Part shown: in pieces, positions 18,162-27,372 of the stretch | Position numbering within the stretch: the stretch's first letter is position 1 | Layout of the letters: the number at the start of each line of letters is the position of its first letter | Position numbers and translations under genes: made by a program | The notes under the pieces: model-generated | Told to the model about the DNA's origin: nothing | Databases searched by the model: none | What the model saw: the letters and a program-made list of their open reading frames with translations, nothing else | DNA from: Patescibacteria group bacterium | GTDB lineage: Bacteria; Patescibacteriota; Patescibacteriia; Patescibacteriales; UBA12465 | Assembly (NCBI GenBank): GCA_028681575.1 | Contig: JAQUHX010000001.1 | Span: 1 to 62,707 of the forward strand | DNA length: 62,707 nucleotides | Direction: 5' to 3'

Positions 18162-19961
18162 CTATTTCTTTAAAATTTTAATAAAAGTATCTGGGGGAAT
18201 GGCAACTCTTCCTCGACCTAGGCTCATCATTTTTTTCTTACCTTTTTTTTGTTTATCTAAAAGTTTAGTTTTGCGAGTTAAATCACCGCCATATAATTTA
18301 GCCGTAACATCCTTTCTTAAAGCACTCAAACGATCAGCTGCAATAATTTTTCCGCCAATCGCCGCTTGAATTTTAATCGCAAACATCTGGCGAGGCAAGC
18401 TTTTTTTTAAAATTTCTACAATTTCTCGCCCCTGACGATAAGCTTCATCTCGATAAACAATTGTCGCCAGAGATTCTACTACCTCTTCAGCAACCATTAC
18501 TTCTAATTTTACCACATCAGTTAGTCGATATTCTAAGAATTCATAATTAATAGAAGCATAACCAGCGGAAACACTTTTTATTTTATCATAGTAATCAGTC
18601 AAAATTGCTGACATCGGAATTTCATAATGAAGAATTGCTCTGGATTCATCGTCGCCAACAGAAATATACTCAGTGTTTTTATAAACCCCGCGCTTCTCCT
18701 GAGTAAGAGACATAATCCCGCCCAAGTATTTTTGTGGCGTCACAACATCCAAGGAAACAAAAGGTTCAGAAATCGATTCTAAAGTATTGAGTTCAGGCAG
18801 CCTCTGTGGAGTTCTAACCACTAACTGTTCACCCCCCTTTAAAACCACCTGATAAGCAACACTGGGAACAGTTACCAACAAAGATAAATTATATTCACGC
18901 CGCAACCGCTCTTGAAAGATTTCTAAATGCAAAAGACCTAAAAAGCCACAACGAAAACCGACTCCAATTGCATCTGACTGTTCTGGTTCATAAACCAAGG
19001 CCGCATCATTAAGTTTTAACTTTTCAAGAGCTTCGCGTAAATCTTGTAAATCAGTATCAGCGCTAGGAAAGATTCCCGCAAAAACCATCGGTTTTACCTC
19101 TTTGTAGCCGGCTAATGGAAGCGCTAAAGACTGGCTAAAAATGGTCATGGTGTCACCAACGCGACAATCGTCAACCCGCTTAAAACCAGTTACCACATAA
19201 CCGATGCCACCGGTTTCTAAAATATTAGTAGAATGATAACCGGGCTTAAAAATGCCAATATCTAAAACTTCTGAAGTCGCTCCGGTTGCTAAAAGTTTTA
19301 TTTTATCACCTTTCTTGATTGTGCCATCAAAAATTCTAATATAGGCGACAACTCCTTTATATTCATCGTATTTTGAATCAAAGATTAAAGCACGAGTAGT
19401 TAAGGGCTCTGCTGGACGTGGAGCCACGCCGCTACTTATAACCGCTCTTAAAACTTCGGCGACCCCGACTCCTGTTTTTCCCGAGCAACTTAAAATCTCT
19501 TCAGGGTGACAGCCCAACAACTTAACTAATTCCGATTTTGTTTTAGGAACATCGGCTGCCGGCAAGTCAATTTTATTTATAACCGGAATAATATTCAGAT
19601 TCTGCTCCAAAGCTAAATATAGGTTAGCCAAGGTTTGAGCCTGAATCCCTTGGGTTGCGTCAACTAATAAAACAGCCGTTTCTACTGCCGCCAAAGAACG
19701 AGAAACTTCATAAGAAAAATCAACATGACCCGGGGTATCAATTAAGTTTAATTGATGGCCCGCATATTCCATGGTCACCGGTTGCAGTTTAATGGTAATT
19801 CCTCGTTCTCGCTCTAAATCCATTCCATCAAGAAGCTGCTGTTTCATCTGACGGCTTTCAACTGTACCAGTAATCTCCAACATCCGATCAGCCAAAGTAG
19901 ACTTGCCATGATCAATGTGGGCAATAATACAGAAATTTCTAATTTTATCCAAGTTCGCCAT
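18162..19961 (-). CDS. lepA: Elongation factor 4
   Basis: IRNFCIIAHIDHGKSTLADR G1 motif, DTPGH motif, 599 aa. Confidence 0.95.
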   Translation of the reverse strand: MANLDKIRNFCIIAHIDHGKSTLADRMLEITGTVESRQMKQQLLDGMDLERERGITIKLQPVTMEYAGHQLNLIDTPGHVDFSYEVSRSLAAVETAVLLVDATQGIQAQTLANLYLALEQNLNIIPVINKIDLPAADVPKTKSELVKLLGCHPEEILSCSGKTGVGVAEVLRAVISSGVAPRPAEPLTTRALIFDSKYDEYKGVVAYIRIFDGTIKKGDKIKLLATGATSEVLDIGIFKPGYHSTNILETGGIGYVVTGFKRVDDCRVGDTMTIFSQSLALPLAGYKEVKPMVFAGIFPSADTDLQDLREALEKLKLNDAALVYEPEQSDAIGVGFRCGFLGLLHLEIFQERLRREYNLSLLVTVPSVAYQVVLKGGEQLVVRTPQRLPELNTLESISEPFVSLDVVTPQKYLGGIMSLTQEKRGVYKNTEYISVGDDESRAILHYEIPMSAILTDYYDKIKSVSAGYASINYEFLEYRLTDVVKLEVMVAEEVVESLATIVYRDEAYRQGREIVEILKKSLPRQMFAIKIQAAIGGKIIAADRLSALRKDVTAKLYGGDLTRKTKLLDKQKKGKKKMMSLGRGRVAIPPDTFIKILKK

Positions 19962-19994
19962 TTGAAGATATAAGTTAAAATTGAGTAACTGTTT

Positions 19995-21659
19995 TTATTT
20001 TTGTCGATTTTCTAATTCCGCTTCGGCCACTGAGGCGGAGACCTGCGATCGTTTTAGTTTGCCGCGCTGCCGCCAAGAATCAAGTAAACCAAAAAACTCT
20101 TCACTACGCAAGAGATAACAAACTAACAAGTAAATAGCTAGACCAGCGATTGTAGCCAAAGCTAGCTGAGTAAAGACACCAACGAAGGTAGTCATATCAA
20201 CTGAATTGCCAACAACTTGTTTAGTTATTTGAATCGCCACGCCAGCCCCGAGAGCAGCTAAAGAAAATTTAAAAGCAGAAATAGCGATTCGGGAGAGATC
20301 AAAATTACCGACCTTAAAGATTAAATAAAGCCAGAGAAGAATAAAATTGAAAATACTCGCAATAGAATAAGCCAAAGGCAAGCCCAAAACACCAAGAAAA
20401 TGAGAAAGGGTTATCGCCAAAACAATGTTAACCGTAACCGCTAAAAGGCTGAGCACAAAAGGAGTCTTTGAATCTTGGCGCGCGTAAAAAACCCTAACCA
20501 AAAGAGGAATTGAGGCTTGCGCAAATAAACTTAAAGAGAATAAAGCTAAAGCGTTCATAGTTAAAACAGTATCACTCCAAGAAAAAACCCCCGTACCAAA
20601 AACAACTCGAACAATTTGCGCCCGAAGTGTGATCATTAAGACGGTCGCCGGAATAACAAAAAATAAAATTCGTCGAAAAGTCTCAGAAAAACTTGCCTCC
20701 AATTTCTCCTTATTGTTAGCATATTGAGAGAAAGTGGGAAAAGCGGCAACAGCAAAAGAAACTCCAAAAATACCAACTGGAAAAGATTGTAAATTATTAG
20801 CTAAAGAAAAGATGGTTAAAGAACCGGCCGTCAAACCAGAAGCAATTGAGGTAATAACTAAAAGGTCAATTTGGCTAACAGCTAAACTGAGCGTCCGAGG
20901 CACCATTAAGCGCCCTATTTGTCTTAAATTTTTATCTCGCCAATTTAAAAAAGGCCGATAGCGGAAACCTAAATTAATCAGAGCCGGGATTTGAACCAAC
21001 AAATGAAGAAGCGCTCCTAAAATAACCCCCCAAGCTAAACCGGGAAGCCCCCAAATATCCATTAACCATAACGCCCCAGCAATAATTCCTAAATTATAAA
21101 AAATTGGTGAAAGCGAATAGGCAAAGAATCTTTTAAAAGATTGGAGGGTTGCGCCGACAATTCCGGAAATTCCCAGGAACAACGGCGATAAAAACATAAT
21201 TCGCGCTAACCGAGCTGCCTGTAATTGATTTTCCGGGCTAAAACCCGGGGCAACTATTTTCATCAACCAGGGGGAAAAAATAACACCAATCAAACCTAAA
21301 ACTACAAGGATAAGGCTTAAAGTATTTAAAACATTATTAACTAAATCCCAAGACTCAGTATTATCCTCATGTTTTTTTGGAGAAGAATTTTTAATTAAAC
21401 GAGAAAAAATTGGAATAAAACCGGCCGATAAAGCTCCTAGAACAATTAAATTATAAAGGAGATCGGGAATACGAAAGGCAGCAAAATAAACGTCTAACTC
21501 TGGCCCTGGACCAATATGACTAGCTAAAATTCGATCACGAAATACCCCTAAAAACCTAGAAAGCAAAGAAGAACTAGCCACTAAAATAGCCGCCACAGTG
21601 ATACTGTTAATTCTCTTCTGAAAAACCTTAGGTAAAAATATCCGGCGCCAAAAATTCAT
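19995..21659 (-). CDS. murJ: Lipid II flippase MurJ/MviN
   Basis: Polytopic membrane protein of 554 aa with the N-terminal LSRFLGVFRDRILASHIGPGPELDVYFAAFRIPDLLYNL signature. Confidence 0.85.
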   Translation of the reverse strand: MNFWRRIFLPKVFQKRINSITVAAILVASSSLLSRFLGVFRDRILASHIGPGPELDVYFAAFRIPDLLYNLIVLGALSAGFIPIFSRLIKNSSPKKHEDNTESWDLVNNVLNTLSLILVVLGLIGVIFSPWLMKIVAPGFSPENQLQAARLARIMFLSPLFLGISGIVGATLQSFKRFFAYSLSPIFYNLGIIAGALWLMDIWGLPGLAWGVILGALLHLLVQIPALINLGFRYRPFLNWRDKNLRQIGRLMVPRTLSLAVSQIDLLVITSIASGLTAGSLTIFSLANNLQSFPVGIFGVSFAVAAFPTFSQYANNKEKLEASFSETFRRILFFVIPATVLMITLRAQIVRVVFGTGVFSWSDTVLTMNALALFSLSLFAQASIPLLVRVFYARQDSKTPFVLSLLAVTVNIVLAITLSHFLGVLGLPLAYSIASIFNFILLWLYLIFKVGNFDLSRIAISAFKFSLAALGAGVAIQITKQVVGNSVDMTTFVGVFTQLALATIAGLAIYLLVCYLLRSEEFFGLLDSWRQRGKLKRSQVSASVAEAELENRQK

Positions 21660-21660
21660 A

Positions 21661-21840
21661 TTAAAACAAAAGCATTAAACCAAGTAATAACCAAATAAAA
21701 ACTGCGTAATTTAAATTAAAATAAGCCAAAACACTAGCGGGCCAAAGTAATTCAAAAAAAACCATCATAACGATAAGGCCACTAAAAAAAATAAAAAGGT
21801 CTTTTAAGAATGAATGATTTTTATAATTTAAGAAACGCAT
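21661..21840 (-). CDS. Candidate 59-aa two-TM micro-protein (one residue below ORF-track cutoff)
   Basis: Hand translation: MRFLNYKNHSFLKDLFIFFSGLIVMMVFFELLWPASVLAYFNLNYAVFIWLLLGLMLLF*. It fills the gap exactly: ATG is 2 nt after the upstream stop (21843) and TAA is 1 nt before the murJ ATG. Confidence 0.5.
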   Translation of the reverse strand: MRFLNYKNHSFLKDLFIFFSGLIVMMVFFELLWPASVLAYFNLNYAVFIWLLLGLMLLF

Positions 21841-21842
21841 AT

Positions 21843-23315
21843 TTAAAAATAATCAGCTAGTTTTTCCCAAAGTGTCCGTCCGGAAAATTCGACCTTAATT
21901 TTTTCAATTACCAACTGTCCTAAATCTTCAGGAGCCAAACCCGGAACGGAGATCATAAAGCTATATTTACCATTTTCTCGATAAGCTGCCTTGGTATTAA
22001 AAGTCGCACTTGCTTCTTTTAAACCACCATCTTTGACAAGCGGCTGATTGTAATCAGCAATAATATATTTTGTTTCATCATTAATAGTAAAGTAGCGACC
22101 CAAAATATCAAAATCAGGATTAAAGAAGGTTTCAGGGCTAAGAGAAAAAACGCCACCGGTTTCCAAAATAACGTCATCTTTTTCTAGAACAATTTGTTTA
22201 AGGCCAAGGGCTTTATGAGTAAATTCATAACGCTGATAAGGCTCGGCCAACAAAAATTCTTGGCTACCAAAAGAAATTTTCTGCCGACTGGCTGGATTAG
22301 CAGTTGTTAAGCTAATTAAATTACGATCAGTCCAAAAAATTAAAGGATGGGTTGTTGATTGCACTGGATAAACTCGACCAACAAAATTTAAAGCTCCCGG
22401 AGCATCACTAATTTCTTTAATAATTAAATCGGAGCTCCCTTTTATTTCCAGCTTCAAGGTTTCCTTTGTTGTTAAGGGTGGGCAAGAAAGAGTGGCTTCT
22501 TTAGTATAAGACTTGCCCTCGCCTTCACCGCCAGAGTTATCTTCAATTTTATCCTGACAAATTATTTGACTGCCCTTATAAACAGTCAAATAAACGGGGT
22601 CAGCTCGTTTATCTAAATTTAAATCAATTAATTCAAAAGAGAAAAATAATTTTTTATTAGCCTCAGCACTAAAATAAAATTGATGCGCCCCTTTTAAAGG
22701 AACAGTCCAAGGAACAAAATTTTCTAAAGGACCAGGAGTTCTTTTTTGTAAGATATCAAGCGCCGGCGGATTGTATAAAGCCAAACAAGAATTAAGCTTT
22801 CCGTCTGAGCAAATTTTTTCTGGGTTCTTATTTGCCACTTCCATAAATTCACTCACTGAAGAAAAAATTGGATCTTTCTGATACAGCGACACCTCTTTTT
22901 CCTGAAGTCTCTGCCAGTCGCTTAAATTATCTAAAGTTTTATTCTCTAAAGATTTAGTCTGGTAGCGCCAAACCAAATTATCAACTAAAACCCCAACTTC
23001 AATTACTGGCGTCGCACTAGTTAACTCATTTTTATAAGTAACAGTGACTTTGGCCTCAGAGAATGTTCGAGGCGTAAAAACAGAAAAATAAACAGGATCG
23101 CCAATCATAATGGCTGGAGAAGATTTTTCTTGACTAACCCGTTCAGCCGGAGTCAGCTGCCCAATAAAACCACGCCCTCCGAAGGGTTGGCTTAAATTTC
23201 GATATTCAAGTTCATAGCTCGCTCGTCCACCAGGAACAATTTTTGCAAACAAAATAAAGATGGCGAAAAAAAGCCAAAAAAACACTAAAACACCTTGGCG
23301 TCGGGATAATAACAT
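21843..23315 (-). CDS. Membrane-anchored extracytoplasmic protein of unknown function
   Basis: One N-terminal TM helix (VLVFFWLFFAIFILFAKIV), then about 455 aa with no motif I recognise. Lies between rpoC and murJ. Confidence 0.6.
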   Translation of the reverse strand: MLLSRRQGVLVFFWLFFAIFILFAKIVPGGRASYELEYRNLSQPFGGRGFIGQLTPAERVSQEKSSPAIMIGDPVYFSVFTPRTFSEAKVTVTYKNELTSATPVIEVGVLVDNLVWRYQTKSLENKTLDNLSDWQRLQEKEVSLYQKDPIFSSVSEFMEVANKNPEKICSDGKLNSCLALYNPPALDILQKRTPGPLENFVPWTVPLKGAHQFYFSAEANKKLFFSFELIDLNLDKRADPVYLTVYKGSQIICQDKIEDNSGGEGEGKSYTKEATLSCPPLTTKETLKLEIKGSSDLIIKEISDAPGALNFVGRVYPVQSTTHPLIFWTDRNLISLTTANPASRQKISFGSQEFLLAEPYQRYEFTHKALGLKQIVLEKDDVILETGGVFSLSPETFFNPDFDILGRYFTINDETKYIIADYNQPLVKDGGLKEASATFNTKAAYRENGKYSFMISVPGLAPEDLGQLVIEKIKVEFSGRTLWEKLADYF

Positions 23316-23383
23316 GTTGTTATTTTAAGCTATTTAAACATAAAAGACAACCAAAAAAAATGAGCAAAATTTCAACTAGAAAG

Positions 23384-23416
23384 AAAAAAAACGACCCCAA
23401 TGGAGTCGTTTTTTAA
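23384..23416 (-). terminator. Intrinsic terminator downstream of rpoC
   Basis: Hairpin ACGACCCC/GGAGTCGT (23391..23410) flanked by A- and T-runs. Confidence 0.6.
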
Positions 23417-23423
23417 CTAGCTT

Positions 23424-26400
23424 TTATTTAAAGATTAACTTGGGACGAACACGCTGCCCTTTATAGCCAGTACCAGACGGAATTAAACGCCCAATAATGA
23501 CGTTTTCCTTAAGACCATCTAAATAATCAATCTTACCAGAAACGGCCGCCTCTATTAAAACTCGAGGTGTCTCTTGGAAGGAGGCGGCTGACAAAAAGCT
23601 GTCAGTAGTCAAAGAAGCTTTAGTAATCCCCATCAACAATTGATCAGCAACAGCTTCTTTTTTAGTTTCTTTATTGGCTCGATAAAGAACTTCCTCTTCA
23701 ATTGTTTCTCCTGGCAACAAATTAGTTTTTCCTGACTCTTTTACTAAATAGCGAGAAAACATTTGACGGGCAATAATTTCCACATGCTTATCATTCAAAA
23801 ACTGACCTTGTGAAGAATAAACATACTGAATTTCTTTAATAATGTATTTTTGTGTTTCTAAACGCCCCTTAAGTTTAAAGAGTTCACGCAAATCTAAACT
23901 ACCCTCGGTTAACTGTTTACCGACTTCAATCTCATCCCCATCTTTAACCAACAACATTGTCCCTTTTAAGATGTGGTACTCTTTAACTTTTTTAACCTCT
24001 TTAGCTAGAGCAACATATTTTTCAGTAACAGAAACAAGGCCAGCGGTCTTAGCCTTAACAGACTCAGCGCCAACCTTAAATAATTCTGTGCCAGTTTTTA
24101 CACTTTGGCCTTCGTTAACTAAAACTTTAAGTTCTAATTTTTTCTTACTATTTTTAGTGGTCGCCCCAGATGCCAATTTAAGCTCATTAATCTTTTCTGA
24201 AAAATAGTATTTATCACTATCAGTCCCCTGATAAGTAATTGATAGAAGTTTTGATTGTGGGTTGTCAACGAGAATTTCCTTGCCATTCTTATCACGAATT
24301 ATTTTTTGATCAAACTCAATCTTAACCTTACCAGCGACATCGGAGATTAAAGCTTTTTTCTTAGGTGTGCGGCTTTCAAAAATTTCTTCAACCCGCGGCA
24401 AACCTTGGGTAATATCATCTGAACCAGCAACACCGCCACTATGAAAAGTTCTCATCGTCAACTGTGTTCCTGGCTCACCAATAGATTGAGCGGCAATAAT
24501 CCCAACCGTCGCCCCTAATTTAACCGGCTTGTTATAGGCTAAGTCATTACCGTAACATTTAGCGCAAACCCCCTTATGAAGATGGCAGCTAAGAGCGCTT
24601 CTAATCTTGGCCTCCATAACCACTTTCTCTTTAGCTAACAAAATTTCTTTTTCGCCTAAAAGCTCGCCAGCCGCCAAAACCTTCTTACCCTTAGCATCTA
24701 AAAGATCAGCGGCTAAATAACGACCAGCAATTTTCTTAAAAAAATCTTCGCCATTTTTTTCTGTCTCTGCTCGAGTAATCAAAAAGCCTTCATTGTCGCC
24801 ACAGTCATCTTCAGCAATAATTACATCTTGCGCAACATCAACTAAACGACGCGTTAAATAACCAGCATTGGCAGTTCTAAGGGCTGTATCAGACAAACCT
24901 TTTCGGGTGGCATGAGTCGAAAAAAAGTATTCCAAAACTCCGAAACCTTCTTTAAAATTACCCTTAACCGGCAACTCAATAATCGCCCCCGAAGGAGAAG
25001 TTACCAAGCCTTTCATACCTAAAATCTGAACTGGCTGAGCCCAAGAACCACGCGCCCCCGAATCAATCATGGAAAACACCGGCAATGAGGTGGTTAAACT
25101 TTTCTTACAAATATCAGCAATCTCATCCTTGGTATTAGTCCATTCTTCCACAACTTTACTATAGCGCTCGCTATCAGTCAGAAGTCCTTCTTCATATTGC
25201 TCTTGAATCAAATCAACTTTTTTAGTCGCCGCCTCGATTAAGACATCTTTTTCTTTGATATCCGGCAAATCACCAAAGCCCCAAGAAAGACCAGACTTCG
25301 TAATAAAGGCAAAACTATGATTCTTTAAGTCATCAATAAATTTAACAGTTTCTTGCTCACCGTAAAGTCGTAAACAATCCTTAATTAAATCTTTAATTTT
25401 TCCTTTATTGATGATTGCGTTAACAAAGCGTAACTTCTCTGGCAAAATCAAATTAAATATTAAACGCCCAACCGTAGTCCGCAAACGTTCCCCTTCCCAA
25501 TTAACTATAATTGATTCATGCAAACCAATATAATTATTATCATAGGCTAAATGTGCCTCATCGCTGTCATAAAAATGACGAAGTTCATTGTCTGGACGCT
25601 TAGCCGAAGCTTCATCCTCAAAAGTAATATAGTAAGCTCCCCAAACAATATCCTGAGATGGAGTAACAATCGGTTCCCCTGTTGCCGGCTTTAAAAGATT
25701 ATGTGAAGACAACATTATTTCCTCAGCTTCACGACGAGCCTCTTTAGTTAACGGCACATGGACAGCCATTTGGTCACCATCGAAGTCAGCATTAAAAGCG
25801 GTACAGACAAGAGGGTGAATCTGAATTGCCTTACCCTCAATTAACACCGGCTTAAAAGCTTGAATACCGAGACGATGCAAAGTTGGCGCGCGATTTAATA
25901 AAACAAAAGCCTCGGCAACGGTTTCCTCTAAAATATCCCAAACTTCGTCGTGACCAGCTTCAATATAACGAGAGGCACTACGAACATTATGAACAACTTC
26001 ACGTTTAATTAATTCAGCAATTATGTAAGGCTTAAATAATTCCAAGGCCATAATCTTAGGCAAGCCACACTCATCAAGATTTAACTTAGGGTTAACAACA
26101 ATAACTGAACGGCCCGAGTAATCAACCCGTTTACCTAACAAATTTTGACGAAAACGACCCTGTTTACCCTTTAGAGCATCAGCTAGAGATTTTAATTGAC
26201 GCTTTTGGCCAGTAGAAGCAGTTACAGTTTTGCTGTGTCTAGCCGAGTTATCAATTAAAGCGTCAACCGCCTCTTGAAGCATACGCTTTTCATTGCGACA
26301 AATAACTTCTGGGGCATTAAGATCAGTTAATTGCTTTAAGCGGTTATTACGATTAATAACCCGACGATATAAATCATTTAAATCCGAAGCGGCAAAACGA

Positions 26401-27350
26401 CCACCATCTAAAGCAACCATTGGCCGTAAATCAGGAGGAACGACCGGCAAGGTAGTTACAATCATCCACTCAGGACGAATGTTATTATTGGCCAAACTCT
26501 TTAAAAGTTTCAGCCTTTTAATCATTTTTTCTTTTTTTGACTCTAAAGCTGTCTCAAATTTAGTCTCCAATTTAGCAATGCTTTTTTCTAAATCAATTTT
26601 GGATAAGAGCTCTCTGATTGCTTCAGCGCCAATGCCAGCTTCAAAAATGTGACCAAATTTTAAACTTAAATTCTGATATTGCTGTTCAGAAATAACTAAA
26701 AGCGGTTTTAAATCTTTAAGCTCTTTTAAGGTAACGGCAAAATCTTCATCTAAAGAAGCTACTCGCTCATTGTGCTCGGCGGCTAAACTTTTTTCATCTT
26801 GGCCCTCCTTTGGAGATTCTTTTAATCGCTTTAAAGACTCTTTATAGTCGCTATCAATATTTTTGCGTTTGGATTTATACTCTTGTTTAATTTGCTCAAT
26901 GGTCGCCTCTTTTAAATCCTCATCAACAGCCGTCACAATGAAATTTGCAAAATAAATTACTTTTTCTAAAGATTGAATCCCTAAATTTAAAAGAAGACCA
27001 ATCTTGGAAGAAATTCCGCGTAAAAACCAAATGTGTGTGCAAGGGATTTCTAATTGGATGTGCCCCATCCGTTCACGACGAACAACGCTTCGTGTCACCT
27101 CAACGCCACACTTATCGCAGACAATCCCTTTATAACGAATTTTCTTATATTTTCCACAAGCACATTCCCAATCTTTAGTTGGCCCAAAAATCTTTTCACA
27201 AAACAAACCGTCTTTCTCTGGTTTTTGAGTACGATAATTAATTGTTTCCGGTTTAGTAACTTCGCCATGAGACCAACTTAAAATTTCTTCCGGGGAAGCC
27301 AGTTTAAGCCGAATCGCATCGAAGTCGCTAGTTTTAATCGGATTTAACAT
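23424..27350 (-). CDS. rpoC: DNA-directed RNA polymerase beta' subunit
   Basis: NADFDGD catalytic motif, zinc-binding CxC...CxxC N-terminus, 1308 aa. Confidence 0.97.
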   Translation of the reverse strand: MLNPIKTSDFDAIRLKLASPEEILSWSHGEVTKPETINYRTQKPEKDGLFCEKIFGPTKDWECACGKYKKIRYKGIVCDKCGVEVTRSVVRRERMGHIQLEIPCTHIWFLRGISSKIGLLLNLGIQSLEKVIYFANFIVTAVDEDLKEATIEQIKQEYKSKRKNIDSDYKESLKRLKESPKEGQDEKSLAAEHNERVASLDEDFAVTLKELKDLKPLLVISEQQYQNLSLKFGHIFEAGIGAEAIRELLSKIDLEKSIAKLETKFETALESKKEKMIKRLKLLKSLANNNIRPEWMIVTTLPVVPPDLRPMVALDGGRFAASDLNDLYRRVINRNNRLKQLTDLNAPEVICRNEKRMLQEAVDALIDNSARHSKTVTASTGQKRQLKSLADALKGKQGRFRQNLLGKRVDYSGRSVIVVNPKLNLDECGLPKIMALELFKPYIIAELIKREVVHNVRSASRYIEAGHDEVWDILEETVAEAFVLLNRAPTLHRLGIQAFKPVLIEGKAIQIHPLVCTAFNADFDGDQMAVHVPLTKEARREAEEIMLSSHNLLKPATGEPIVTPSQDIVWGAYYITFEDEASAKRPDNELRHFYDSDEAHLAYDNNYIGLHESIIVNWEGERLRTTVGRLIFNLILPEKLRFVNAIINKGKIKDLIKDCLRLYGEQETVKFIDDLKNHSFAFITKSGLSWGFGDLPDIKEKDVLIEAATKKVDLIQEQYEEGLLTDSERYSKVVEEWTNTKDEIADICKKSLTTSLPVFSMIDSGARGSWAQPVQILGMKGLVTSPSGAIIELPVKGNFKEGFGVLEYFFSTHATRKGLSDTALRTANAGYLTRRLVDVAQDVIIAEDDCGDNEGFLITRAETEKNGEDFFKKIAGRYLAADLLDAKGKKVLAAGELLGEKEILLAKEKVVMEAKIRSALSCHLHKGVCAKCYGNDLAYNKPVKLGATVGIIAAQSIGEPGTQLTMRTFHSGGVAGSDDITQGLPRVEEIFESRTPKKKALISDVAGKVKIEFDQKIIRDKNGKEILVDNPQSKLLSITYQGTDSDKYYFSEKINELKLASGATTKNSKKKLELKVLVNEGQSVKTGTELFKVGAESVKAKTAGLVSVTEKYVALAKEVKKVKEYHILKGTMLLVKDGDEIEVGKQLTEGSLDLRELFKLKGRLETQKYIIKEIQYVYSSQGQFLNDKHVEIIARQMFSRYLVKESGKTNLLPGETIEEEVLYRANKETKKEAVADQLLMGITKASLTTDSFLSAASFQETPRVLIEAAVSGKIDYLDGLKENVIIGRLIPSGTGYKGQRVRPKLIFK

Positions 27351-27372
27351 ATGATATAAAAATTTTTATTTT

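Noticed and set aside
23842-27281. Several 75-121-aa plus-strand ORFs inside rpoC (23842..24207, 26293..26652, 26945..27178, 27054..27281), with similar ones inside rpoB, infB, leuS, polA and pnp
   Set aside because: They are antisense or alternate-frame ORFs nested in strongly supported housekeeping genes, and they carry no independent signals.
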